A DNA stretch of 63,877 bases, the filler included, from an uncultured bacterium (lineage in GTDB: Bacteria; CAYJRR01): assembly GCA_964372275.1 (NCBI GenBank). It is 5 parts of 5 records of this genome, joined end to end, with 100 filler letters (N's around TTAATTAATTAA, not from the genome) between each part and the next. Parts side by side here need not be neighbours in the genome. Positions count along the whole stretch, not along the records: positions 14,429 to 28,703 come from CAYJRR010000116.1; positions 28,804 to 42,973 come from CAYJRR010000117.1; 3 more parts are not named here. One strand, 5' to 3'. The first letter of the stretch is position 1, and every line of letters starts with the position of its first letter. This document shows positions 26,913 to 35,885 of the stretch, piece by piece. The position numbers and the translations under genes are program-made. The notes beneath the pieces were generated by a model that searched no databases, had not been told where the DNA came from, and saw only the letters and a program-made list of their open reading frames with translations.

Positions 26913-28471
26913 GGAAGAGGTTCTACGTCACCACCGCGATCGACTACGTCAATTCGACGCCGCACCTGGGGACCGCCTACGAGAAGGTGACCGCCGACGT
27001 CATCGCCCGTTACAAGCGGCTGGCGGGCTACGAGACCTGGTTCCTGATGGGGAACGACGAGCACTCGCAGAACGTCGCCCGGCGCGCGGCGGCCGAAGGG
27101 GTCTCGCCGCTCGCCTGGTGCGATCGGATGGAGGGGGCCTTCCGCGAGCGTTGGGCCGCGCTCGACGTCTCCTTCAACGACTTCATCCGCACCTCGCAGC
27201 CGCGCCACCACCGCGCCGTCGCCGCGCTCTTCGACGCCGTGCGACGGAAGAACCCCGACGACATCTTCGACGGGTTCTACGAAGGGTTCTATTGCGTCGG
27301 CTGCGAGTCGTTCAAACAGGAGAAGGACCTGGTCGACGGCCTTTGTCCGGTGCACAAGACCAACCCCGACTGGATCAAGGAAAAGAACCACTTCTTCCGC
27401 CTCTCGCGCTACCGCGACCGGCTGCTCGATCACGTGGAGGCGAACCCCTCGTTCATCCAGCCGGAGGTGCGCCGCAACGAGGTGCGCAACGTCCTGCAGG
27501 AAGGGCTGCAGGACATCTCCATCTCCCGCCCGAAGAAGGCCCTCTCCTGGGGGATTCCGGTGCCGTTCGACCCGGAGAGCGTGGTCTGGGTGTGGTTCGA
27601 CGCGCTCACCAACTACGTCTCCGCCGTCGGCTACGGACAGGACGAGGAGACCTTCCGGCGGTGGTGGCCGGCCGACCTGCACGTGGTGGGAAAGGACATC
27701 ACGCGGTTCCACTGCATCATCTGGCCGGCGATGTTGATGTCGGCCGGGGTGGAGCTGCCGAAGACCGTCTTCGGACACGGCTGGGTCTCGTTCCGCGGCG
27801 AGCGGCTCTCCAAATCGCTCGGCAACGTCGTCGACCCGCTCGACGCCGTCGCCAGGCACGGCCCCGATCCGCTGCGCCTCTATCTGGTGCGCGAGATCCC
27901 CTACGGCGGCGACGGCGACTTCACCTGGGAGCGATTCGAGGAGCGCTACAACGCCGACCTGGCGAACAACTGGGGAAACCTGGTTTCGCGGGTGGCGACG
28001 ATGGCGGGGAAGTTCCGTGAAGGCCGGCTCGCGGTGCCGGCGGGCCCGCCGTCCCGCTTGGAGGCCGCCGCCCGGGAGTCGGTCGCGGCGTACGTCGAAG
28101 CGATGGACCGGTTCGCGCTGCACGAAGCGGCCGCCGCCGTCTTCCGCCTGATCGACGCCGCAAACCTCTTCCTGCAGGAGAGCGCGCCGTGGGCGCTGGC
28201 CAAGGACGCGGCGAAGGCGGCCGAGCTCGACCGCGTGCTCTACGACGCGGCCGAGGCGGTGCGGATCGCAGCGATCCTGCTCCTCCCGATCACGCCACGC
28301 GCCAGCGCGGAGACGCTCCGGCGTTTCGGCCTCACGGCGCCGGCGTCGGAGGTCCGCCTCGAGCGGGCGACGTTCGGAAACGCGGGTCCCCTCACGCTCT
28401 CGGCCGGCGACCCCCTCTTCCCCCGGCTCGAGCCGGGGGGCAGCAAGGTGCCCAAGGGCCGTGGCGCGTAG
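26909..28471 (+). CDS. metG: Methionyl-tRNA synthetase (short form without C-terminal tRNA-binding domain)
   Basis: FYVTTAIDYVN..PHLGT, G.DEH, CVGCE...CPVH, SWGIP, VWFDAL.NY, GKDI.RFH..IWPA, RLSKSLGN. Confidence 0.96.
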   Translation: MRKRFYVTTAIDYVNSTPHLGTAYEKVTADVIARYKRLAGYETWFLMGNDEHSQNVARRAAAEGVSPLAWCDRMEGAFRERWAALDVSFNDFIRTSQPRHHRAVAALFDAVRRKNPDDIFDGFYEGFYCVGCESFKQEKDLVDGLCPVHKTNPDWIKEKNHFFRLSRYRDRLLDHVEANPSFIQPEVRRNEVRNVLQEGLQDISISRPKKALSWGIPVPFDPESVVWVWFDALTNYVSAVGYGQDEETFRRWWPADLHVVGKDITRFHCIIWPAMLMSAGVELPKTVFGHGWVSFRGERLSKSLGNVVDPLDAVARHGPDPLRLYLVREIPYGGDGDFTWERFEERYNADLANNWGNLVSRVATMAGKFREGRLAVPAGPPSRLEAAARESVAAYVEAMDRFALHEAAAAVFRLIDAANLFLQESAPWALAKDAAKAAELDRVLYDAAEAVRIAAILLLPITPRASAETLRRFGLTAPASEVRLERATFGNAGPLTLSAGDPLFPRLEPGGSKVPKGRGA

Positions 28472-28517
28472 GCGCCGGCCGGGTCGGATCGGGCGTCGTC
28501 CGGGATCGGATCCCGGC

Positions 28518-28703
28518 ATGCGCGCCCGGGTCGGAACGGTGGGTCTCTCGGTGGCCGTCCTCCTCGCCGCCTGCCTGCCCGAGCGCGACAACCCCTCCGA
28601 TCCGCTGAACGCGCCCCGCATCGGCGGCACGTTGGTCGACTACACCCCGGCGGACGGGGCCCCTTGTCCCCCGATCGTGCCCGAGGACGCGGCGGCGACC
28701 GAG
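28518..28703 (+). CDS. Lipoprotein, 3'-truncated
   Basis: LLAAC lipobox followed by RDNPSDP; runs into the linker. Confidence 0.55.
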
Positions 28704-28803
28704 NNNNNNNNNNNNNNNNNNNNNNNNNNNNNNNNNNNNNNNNNNNNTTAATTAATTAANNNNNNNNNNNNNNNNNNNNNNNNNNNNNNNNNNNNNNNNN
28801 NNN
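28704..28803. other. Artificial contig linker
   Basis: N-run, TTAATTAATTAA, N-run. Confidence 0.99.
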
Positions 28804-30027
28804 CGCGACGTCCGCCAGGCGCGAGGCGATCCCGCCCATCAGCGGCCGTTTGGTGCGATCGCGGTCGCCGCCGCAGCCGAAGACGGCGATCACCCGCCGC
28901 GGCGCGAATTCGCGGACGGCGCGCAGCACGTTCTCCAGCGCGTCGGGGGTGTGCGCGTAGTCGACGAGCACCGTGACGCCGCGGCCGTTCGGCACCCGCT
29001 CCAGCCGCCCCGGCGCGCCGCGGTTCCCGCTCAAGCCGGCGTCGATCACCCCCATCGGCAGTCCGAAGGCGACGCCGGTGGCGACGGCGCAGAGCAGGTT
29101 GGAGAGGTTGTAGGGACCGACGAGCGGCGAATCGATGCGCAGGCTCCCGAAGGGGGTGGCGATCGATCCGCGCGTGCCGTGCTCGTTCTGCGTGACGTCG
29201 ATCGGCCGCACGTCGGCGCCCGAGCGGGGGTCGCGCGAGTAGGTAAGGAGCCGCACGCCGACGGGGACGGCCGACCGGAAGTCGTCGGCGGCCGGATCCT
29301 CCAGATTCACCACCGCCGCGCGCGGGCTCTTGGGCGATTCGGCCAGCAGTTCGGAGAAGAGCCGCCGCTTCGCCAGGAGATAGCGCTCCATCGTGCCGTG
29401 GTAGTCGAGATGGTCGCGGGTCAAGTTGGTGAACGCCGCCACGTCGAAGGCGACGCCGTCGACCCGGAGCTGCTCGAGGGCGTGGGAGGAGACCTCCATC
29501 GCCACGTGCGTCACGCCGGCGTCGCGCATCTCCGCGAGGAGCGCCTGGAGCGCGACCGCGTCGGGGGTGGTGTTGGACGCCGTCCGGGCGACGCTGCCGA
29601 ACCGGTAGGCGATGGTGCCGACGACGCCGGCGGAGAAGCCGGCGGCGCGGAAGATCCCCTCGGCGAGATACGTGCCGGTCGTCTTCCCGTTGGTGCCGGT
29701 CAGTCCGTAGACCTTGAGCGTGCGGGACGGGTCGCCGTGGAGACGCGCGGCGAGCAGCGCCACCGCGCGGCGCGCATCGGGGACGCGCACCAGGGCGGCG
29801 TCGTCCGGCAGTTCGAGGTCGTCCTCGGCGACGATCGCCCGTGCGCCGCGCCGGAGGGCGTCGCCGACGAAGGCGGCGCCGTGGGCCGACGTCCCGCGGA
29901 GCGCGACGAAGACCGAGCCGGGGAGGGCCTGACGGCTGTCCTGCACCACCCGGTCGACCGGAGTCGTCGCCCGGCCGCGCGTGACCGACGCGCCCGGTAC
30001 CGCCCGCACCAGATCGCCGAGGATCAC
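28804..30027 (-). CDS. murE: UDP-MurNAc-tripeptide synthetase MurE, 3'-truncated
   Basis: DSR, GLTGTNGKTT, NTTPD, MEVSSHAL, FTNLTRDHLDYH, VDYAHTPDAL, FGCGGDRD. Confidence 0.96.
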
Positions 30028-32102
30028 GCGCGCTCCCCCGACGCGACGAGCGGCGCCTCGAACCAGACGCGCACCTTCTCTCCCGGCAGCGCCTTCGATC
30101 CGGCGGCCGGCTCCTGGCGCGTCGCGCGGCCGCTCCCGGTGACCTCGATCTCCAGGCGCCTCGGCTCGGCCAGTCGGAGCGCCGACCGGACGCTCAAGCC
30201 GCGGAAGTCGGGAACGATCCCGGCCGGCGTCTCCGCCGCGGCGCGCGTCGCGGCGGCGACCCGCTCCCAGCCCGAGAGCGCGGCGGCGCCCGGCTCCGGG
30301 ACGGCTCCGGAACCGCCGTCCGCCTCCGGCAGCCGTTGGGAGACGTAGCCCTCGGCCGCGGCCTCGGGCGTCTGCGTCGCCGCGCGCGCCGCAAGAGCGG
30401 GGCGCGGCGACTCGCGATCGGGCGGCACCCCCAGGTAACGGAGCGCATCGCGCGCCACTTCGCGGAAGACTGGCGCCGCTACGACCCCGCCGTAGACGCT
30501 CGTCTTCGGTTCGTCGAGCACCACCAGGATCGTCAGCCGCGGGCGCGATGCGGGGACGAACCCGACGAACGAAGCGATTCGTTCGTCGGAGTAACCGCCC
30601 GATACGTTGTCGACCTTTTGCGCCGTCCCCGTCTTCCCGGCAACGCGGTAGTCGTCGAGAGCCGCCAGGCTGCCGGAACCCTCGGGACCGACGACCGTCT
30701 CCATCATCGCGCCGACGGCGCGTGCGACCTCCTCCGGCACCACGCGCCCGACCTCGGCCGGCTCGACGACGTCGACCACCGTCCCGTCCGCCTCGACCAC
30801 CTTCTGAACGAGGTACGGGCGCATCCGCACGCCGCCGTTCGCGAGCGCGGAGATGGCGCTCACCAGCTGGATCCCGGTCACGCCGATGTTGTGGCCGAAC
30901 GACGTCGACGCGAGCGTCACCGTCGTCCACCGGTTCTTCGGAGGGACGAGCCCGCCCGAGTCCCCCGGCAGGTCGATGCCGCTCTTCTCGCCGAATCCGA
31001 ACCGTTGCAGCGCCTCGTAGTAGGCATCCTTTCCGAGCAGGCGGCCGATCTTGATCATCCCGATGTTCGACGAAAGACGGAGGATCCCGGCGACGTCGAG
31101 CCAGCCGTGCTTCTTGGTGTCGTGGATGGTGAGATCGGCGACGTCGATCGAACCGTTCTCGCAATGGAACGAGTCGTCGGACCGGATCACGCCGGCCTCC
31201 AGCGCCGCCGCGATCAACACCGGCTTCAGCGTCGAGCCGGGCTCGAAGACGTCGGTGACGGCCCGGTTGCGCCAGTCGTCCGGTTTCGCCTTCCAGTAGG
31301 CGTTGGGGTTGTAGTGGGGGTAGCCGGCCATCGCCAGGATCTCCCCGGTTCGCGGATCCTCCACGATCACGAACCCCCCGGAGGCCCTCGAATTCTGGAC
31401 CCCCTTCCGGAGGGCGTTTTCGGCGAAGAACTGGATCTGCTGGTCGAGGGTCATCACCAGCTCCCGGCCGACCTCGGTCTCCTCCGACACCTGATCGGCG
31501 TAGAGCCGGCCGCGGGCGTCCCGGGCGCGGCTTAAGCGTTGGGCCTTCCACTTGAGCAGGTCGTCGTAGCGCCGCTCGATCCCTTCGAGCCCCTCCGAAT
31601 CGAGCCCCGCGAAGCCGAGGACGTGGCCCGCGAGCTCGACGTTCGGGTAGAACCGTTTCGACTCCGGAACGGCCCCGACGCCGTCGATCTTCAGCTCGCC
31701 GACCGCGCGCGCCATCTCCGGAGGGACGCGTCGCTTGAGCCAGACGAAGCTCTTGGTGGGGCCGAGCCGCTCGGTCACCGCCGACGGGGACATGTCGAGC
31801 GCGCGGCTCAACGCGGCGACGATCGACGTGCGGCGCGCGGGGGGGAGGTCGGCCAGTCGGCGGGGCTCGGCGTAGATCGAGGTGACCTCGACCGACCGCG
31901 CCAGCACGTTCCCCTTTCGGTCGTAGACGGCGCCGCGGCGCGGGGCGATCTCGATCGATCCGGAGTACTGGCGCCCGGCCTGCCGGACGAGCCGAGGGTC
32001 GGGACGGATCGCGAGGCCGAAGGCGCGCGCGACGATCACCGCGAAGGCCGCCGTCAGGGCCAGCCGGAGCAGCTTCATGCGTGGCGCGGTGCAGCTTCTC
32101 AT
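30024..32102 (-). CDS. ftsI: Division transpeptidase FtsI/PBP3 with C-terminal PASTA domain
   Basis: RRGAVYDRKG, EPGSTLK (SxxK), SSN, GKTGT; lies between ftsL and murE. Start uncertain (32078-32168). Confidence 0.93.
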   Translation of the reverse strand: MRSCTAPRMKLLRLALTAAFAVIVARAFGLAIRPDPRLVRQAGRQYSGSIEIAPRRGAVYDRKGNVLARSVEVTSIYAEPRRLADLPPARRTSIVAALSRALDMSPSAVTERLGPTKSFVWLKRRVPPEMARAVGELKIDGVGAVPESKRFYPNVELAGHVLGFAGLDSEGLEGIERRYDDLLKWKAQRLSRARDARGRLYADQVSEETEVGRELVMTLDQQIQFFAENALRKGVQNSRASGGFVIVEDPRTGEILAMAGYPHYNPNAYWKAKPDDWRNRAVTDVFEPGSTLKPVLIAAALEAGVIRSDDSFHCENGSIDVADLTIHDTKKHGWLDVAGILRLSSNIGMIKIGRLLGKDAYYEALQRFGFGEKSGIDLPGDSGGLVPPKNRWTTVTLASTSFGHNIGVTGIQLVSAISALANGGVRMRPYLVQKVVEADGTVVDVVEPAEVGRVVPEEVARAVGAMMETVVGPEGSGSLAALDDYRVAGKTGTAQKVDNVSGGYSDERIASFVGFVPASRPRLTILVVLDEPKTSVYGGVVAAPVFREVARDALRYLGVPPDRESPRPALAARAATQTPEAAAEGYVSQRLPEADGGSGAVPEPGAAALSGWERVAAATRAAAETPAGIVPDFRGLSVRSALRLAEPRRLEIEVTGSGRATRQEPAAGSKALPGEKVRVWFEAPLVASGERA

Positions 32103-32112
32103 CGGAAGGGCC

Positions 32113-32550
32113 CTACCGCCGCGCGAGCGCGGTGGCGACAGCATCCTCCGTTCCCGTCTCCGCTCCAACCTCGACGATCTGCTCCCGCGAGGGGGCCTTG
32201 AGTCCGAGCCGCTGCTCGGCGAGCTTGGCGATGCGGAGCGGGCTCGCCAGGCGGGCCTCCTCGACCTTCAGCCGGGAGCCCTCCGACTCGGCGGCCCGAA
32301 CGCGCGCTTCGGCGGCCACCAGGACGTAGCCGAGCCGCAGGTGCTCGGAGCGGGTCCAGACGTGGAACAGTCCGCTCCCCGCGATCGCCGCCGCGACCAC
32401 CACCGAAAGGATCAGCCCCCACGGATCGCCGCCGCGCCCGAACGCGGGCGTGAAGGCGACCGAACTTCGCATCCCCTTGGGAAGCGCCTCCCGTCGCGAG
32501 GAGATGTGCGGCCGGCGCGAAGTCGCGCGATTCGTCCTGGGATCGCTCAC
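32113..32550 (-). CDS. ftsL: Cell division protein FtsL
   Basis: One TM helix, then coiled coil LKVEEARLASPLRIAKLA...LGL; lies between rsmH and ftsI with a GTGA overlap. Confidence 0.85.
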   Translation of the reverse strand: MSDPRTNRATSRRPHISSRREALPKGMRSSVAFTPAFGRGGDPWGLILSVVVAAAIAGSGLFHVWTRSEHLRLGYVLVAAEARVRAAESEGSRLKVEEARLASPLRIAKLAEQRLGLKAPSREQIVEVGAETGTEDAVATALARR

Positions 32551-33530
32551 ATCGCCACCTTTTGGACGGCGCGGAGGACGGCGCTCCTCGCGCGCGGATT
32601 GCGGCGGATCTCCGGGCCGCTCGCCCGGATCCCCTTCCGTTGGAGAAGCGCCGCCGTCGCCTTGCGCCCGCAGGCGCACACCGGCAGCTCCGGCGGGCAG
32701 ACGCACGGATCGGCCCACTCGCGAAACGTCCGTTTCACGATCCGATCCTCGAGCGAATGGAACGAGAGGACCGCCAGCCGTCCCCCCACCCGGAGCGCGG
32801 CGAGGAAACGGGGGAGGGCGGCCTCGAGTCCGGCGAGCTCGCGGTTCACGGCGATGCGGAGCGCCTGGAAGGTGCGGGTGCCGACGTGGATCCGTCCGAT
32901 CCGTTCCCGCCCTCCGAACGCCGCGATCACCGCGTCGGTCAGCTGCTTCGTGCGGGCGAACGTGGTGTCGGCGCGCCGCCGGACGATCTCCGCCGCGATC
33001 CGGCCGGCGTTCCGTTCCTCGCCGTAGGTCCGGAGGACGCGGGCGAGCTCGTCGCGGGTCGCGGCGTTCACCAGGTCGGCCGCCGTCTCCCCGGTCGAGC
33101 GATCGAGCCGCATGTCGAGCGGCCCGTCGGCGGAGAAGGAGAAGCCGCGCGCCGGGTCGTCGAGCTGGCGCGAGGAGAGGCCGAGGTCGAGGAGCGCGCC
33201 GTCGACCGACGCCGGCGCCTCGCCGGCTTCGCGCAGCACCCGGTCGATCTCGTCGTAGCGGGCGTGGACGAGCCGAAGTCGCTCGCGCCGCACCTCGTCC
33301 GCGAGCCGACGCGCCGTCTCCGCCAGCGCGTCCGCGTCGCGGTCGACACCGATCACCCGGCCGGTAGGAAGGCTCTCGGCGAGAATCCGCGCGGCATGAC
33401 CACCGGCGCCGACCGTGCCGTCCACCCACAGACCTCCGGCGCGCACCGCGAGCATCGACGAGACCTCGTCCGGCATCACCGGAACGTGGTCGAGATCGAG
33501 GGCGCGGGTTCCGGTCATGGGGTCGAGCAC
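32547..33530 (-). CDS. rsmH: 16S rRNA m4C1402 methyltransferase RsmH
   Basis: HVPVM, DGTVGAGGH, DLGLSS.QLD...RGFSF, PLDMR, FQALRIAVN, FHSLEDR, NPRARSA. Confidence 0.97.
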   Translation of the reverse strand: MLDPMTGTRALDLDHVPVMPDEVSSMLAVRAGGLWVDGTVGAGGHAARILAESLPTGRVIGVDRDADALAETARRLADEVRRERLRLVHARYDEIDRVLREAGEAPASVDGALLDLGLSSRQLDDPARGFSFSADGPLDMRLDRSTGETAADLVNAATRDELARVLRTYGEERNAGRIAAEIVRRRADTTFARTKQLTDAVIAAFGGRERIGRIHVGTRTFQALRIAVNRELAGLEAALPRFLAALRVGGRLAVLSFHSLEDRIVKRTFREWADPCVCPPELPVCACGRKATAALLQRKGIRASGPEIRRNPRARSAVLRAVQKVAM

Positions 33531-33534
33531 GGCG

Positions 33535-33966
33535 CTAGATGTCGGGGATGAAGTCGCGGTCGGAGGCGATCAGTTGTTCGTTCTTGGCATCCTCGGTGCG
33601 CCACCGCTCCGCCGACCAGATCTCGAAACGGTGGATCGCGCCGACCAGGACCGCGTCCTTTTCCAACGCGGCGTGGCGACGGAGAGGTGGCGGAAGGAGA
33701 ATCCGTCCGGTGGCGTCGACCTCGCACTCGTGCGCTCCGCCGACGTAGAATCGGATGAACGCCTTCACCTTCTCGGTCTGATCCTTCGCGGCGAGCCTCC
33801 GCTCGCGATCTTCGAAGTCGGGCACGGCATAGGCGACGATGCAGTGGTCGAGCTTGGTGACGATCAACCGGTCGGGGGACTTCGCGGCGAGCACCTCGCG
33901 GAAGCGAGCGGGGATCGACAGGCGTCCCTTGGCGTCGATCGTGTGCTCGAACTGCCCGCGAAACAT
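33535..33966 (-). CDS. mraZ: Division/cell wall cluster repressor MraZ
   Basis: MFRGQFEHTIDAKGRLSIPARFR and a second D..GRILLP repeat; first gene of the dcw cluster. Confidence 0.96.
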   Translation of the reverse strand: MFRGQFEHTIDAKGRLSIPARFREVLAAKSPDRLIVTKLDHCIVAYAVPDFEDRERRLAAKDQTEKVKAFIRFYVGGAHECEVDATGRILLPPPLRRHAALEKDAVLVGAIHRFEIWSAERWRTEDAKNEQLIASDRDFIPDI

Positions 33967-34022
33967 CGGTCCCCGCCTTTCGTCGATCCGCGATGGGCGC
34001 CTCTGGGCCGGGCTGGACCCTT

Positions 34023-34059
34023 GTGGCACCTGATGGGATTCTATGGGAAGATCCCCCAC
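34023..34059. promoter_or_regulatory. Putative MraZ operator (10-bp-phased RTGG repeats)
   Basis: GTGGC (34023), ATGGG (34033) and ATGGG (34043) at 10-bp phase, plus an inverted CCCCAC, about 60-90 bp upstream of mraZ. Confidence 0.55.
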
Positions 34060-34099
34060 CGGTCAATTCGTAACCCCGCGTCGTACCAGGGAAAGCGCC

Positions 34100-34969
34100 A
34101 TGTACGAAAGTCCGAAATCGGCAACGATTCGAAGGAGATCGAAGTGGCGATCGGCGATCCTCGCGGTCCCGACTTTCGGTATCGTCGCCGCCGCCTCGCC
34201 GAGGGCCGTCGCGGCGCCGCCCGAGACGGCGGAGCTGCGCATCGACCGGCCGCGTGACCTCTCCGTCACGGTCGCGCTCGGAGTGGGCTGGGCGCTTTCC
34301 GAGTGGCAGAAGGAGTCCCTCGCGCCGCGGACCTGCCGCTGGTGCGATGCGGTGCCGGCGATCGACGAATCGACGCGCCGGGCATGGCGATGGTCGGAGC
34401 CGGAGCGGGCGGCGCACCTGTCGGACCTGCTCGACTTCGTCGTGCTGCCGGTCGCCGTGATCGGCGCCGACGCGCTTCTCGCCTCGCGCGACGGCCGCCT
34501 GGCAAACGTCCCGGACGACGCGTTGGTGATCGTCCAGGCGGCGGTCGCCGCGGCCGCGCTGAACCAGGCGGTGAAGTTCGCCGTCGGGCGCGAGCGACCG
34601 TTCGTCCACGCGCGCGACGCGGACGAACGCCGAGCCTCGCGCGATCCCGACGACAACCTCTCGTTCTACTCCGGACACACCTCCCTCGCCTTTGGCCTGG
34701 TCGCCGCCGCCGCGACCACGGCGTCGATGCGGCGCTACCGCGACGCGTGGACCGTGTGGCCCGTCGGGCTCGCCGCGGCGGCCTCGATCGGTTACCTGCG
34801 CATCGCCGCCGACAAGCACTGGTTGACCGACGTCGCCACGGGGGCCGCCGTCGGCGCGGCGTCCGGCGCGCTCCTGCCGCGCATGCTGCACGCCCCGCGG
34901 GCGGGCGCGGAGGGCGCCTCCGCGTCGATCGGACCGGGACCGGTCGTCTGGATCGCCGTCCCGTTTTGA
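34100..34969 (+). CDS. PAP2-family phosphatase
   Basis: K...GRERP, SFYSGHT, LRIAADKHWLTDV motifs. Start uncertain. Confidence 0.88.
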   Translation: MYESPKSATIRRRSKWRSAILAVPTFGIVAAASPRAVAAPPETAELRIDRPRDLSVTVALGVGWALSEWQKESLAPRTCRWCDAVPAIDESTRRAWRWSEPERAAHLSDLLDFVVLPVAVIGADALLASRDGRLANVPDDALVIVQAAVAAAALNQAVKFAVGRERPFVHARDADERRASRDPDDNLSFYSGHTSLAFGLVAAAATTASMRRYRDAWTVWPVGLAAAASIGYLRIAADKHWLTDVATGAAVGAASGALLPRMLHAPRAGAEGASASIGPGPVVWIAVPF

Positions 34970-34984
34970 GCGCGAACGCGCGGA

Positions 34985-35881
34985 ATGCTAGCGTCTCCGT
35001 CGACCGTGCCCCCTCCTCCGGAGATCGTCGGCCTTCCGGCCTGGATTCCGTGGACCTCCGTCGGGCTGCTGGGGGCGTTTATCGGCAGCTTCCTGAACGT
35101 GGTGATCCACCGCGTTCCTTTGGGGCAGTCGATCGTCCATCCCGGTTCGCGGTGCCCGCGCTGCGCCCGCGCGCTCCGGTGGTTCGACAACCTGCCGCTC
35201 GTCTCCTGGCTCGCGCTCGCCGGCCGGTGCCGCACCTGCCGCGCGCGGATCGCGGCGCGCTACCCGCTGGTCGAGGCGCTCACCGCCGCGCTATTCCTCG
35301 CGGTGTGGTGGCGATTCGGCGCGGCGCCGCACACGGCGGTCTACCTGGCGCTGACGGCGGTGCTGGTATCGCTGACGTTCATCGACATCGACCACCGGAT
35401 CATCCCCAACGTGATCTCGATCCCGTTCATTGCGATCGGGTTCGCCCTGTCGTGGCTCGTCCCCGCGGGCGAGACGTTCCTCCTGGCGCGTCCGGACGGT
35501 CCGGCCTTGGTGAAGGTGCTGATCGCCTGGATCAACGGCGCCACCTTGCCGGTCGGACCCGGAGGCTCGGGTCTGGGGATCCTCCTCGGCGGCGGATTCC
35601 TTCTCCTGACCGCGATCGTCGCCGAGCTCGTCCTCAAGAAGGAGGCGATGGGGATGGGGGACGTGAAGATGCTCGCGATGATCGGCGCCTTCCTCGGCGC
35701 CGCGTCGCTCCCGTTCGTCGTCCTGGTGAGCATGATGGTCGGCTCGGTCTACGGCGTGGCGCGGATGGCGATGGGGAAGGGGAACCTGATCCCGTTCGGG
35801 CCGTTCCTGGCGATCGGCGCGCAGGCGTACCTGTTCGTCGGTCCCGAAGCGACCCGGCTGTGGCTCCTGCGGGGCGGCTGA
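34985..35881 (+). CDS. pilD: Type IV prepilin peptidase (A24A)
   Basis: GSFLNVVIHRVP, SRCPRC, GRCRTC, IDID, GMGDVK, IPFGPFL. Confidence 0.93.
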   Translation: MLASPSTVPPPPEIVGLPAWIPWTSVGLLGAFIGSFLNVVIHRVPLGQSIVHPGSRCPRCARALRWFDNLPLVSWLALAGRCRTCRARIAARYPLVEALTAALFLAVWWRFGAAPHTAVYLALTAVLVSLTFIDIDHRIIPNVISIPFIAIGFALSWLVPAGETFLLARPDGPALVKVLIAWINGATLPVGPGGSGLGILLGGGFLLLTAIVAELVLKKEAMGMGDVKMLAMIGAFLGAASLPFVVLVSMMVGSVYGVARMAMGKGNLIPFGPFLAIGAQAYLFVGPEATRLWLLRGG

Positions 35882-35885
35882 GGAC

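Noticed and set aside
34985..35881. pilD as part of the Tad operon
   Set aside because: It is on a different contig, and it is a PilD-type A24A peptidase rather than TadV/CpaA.
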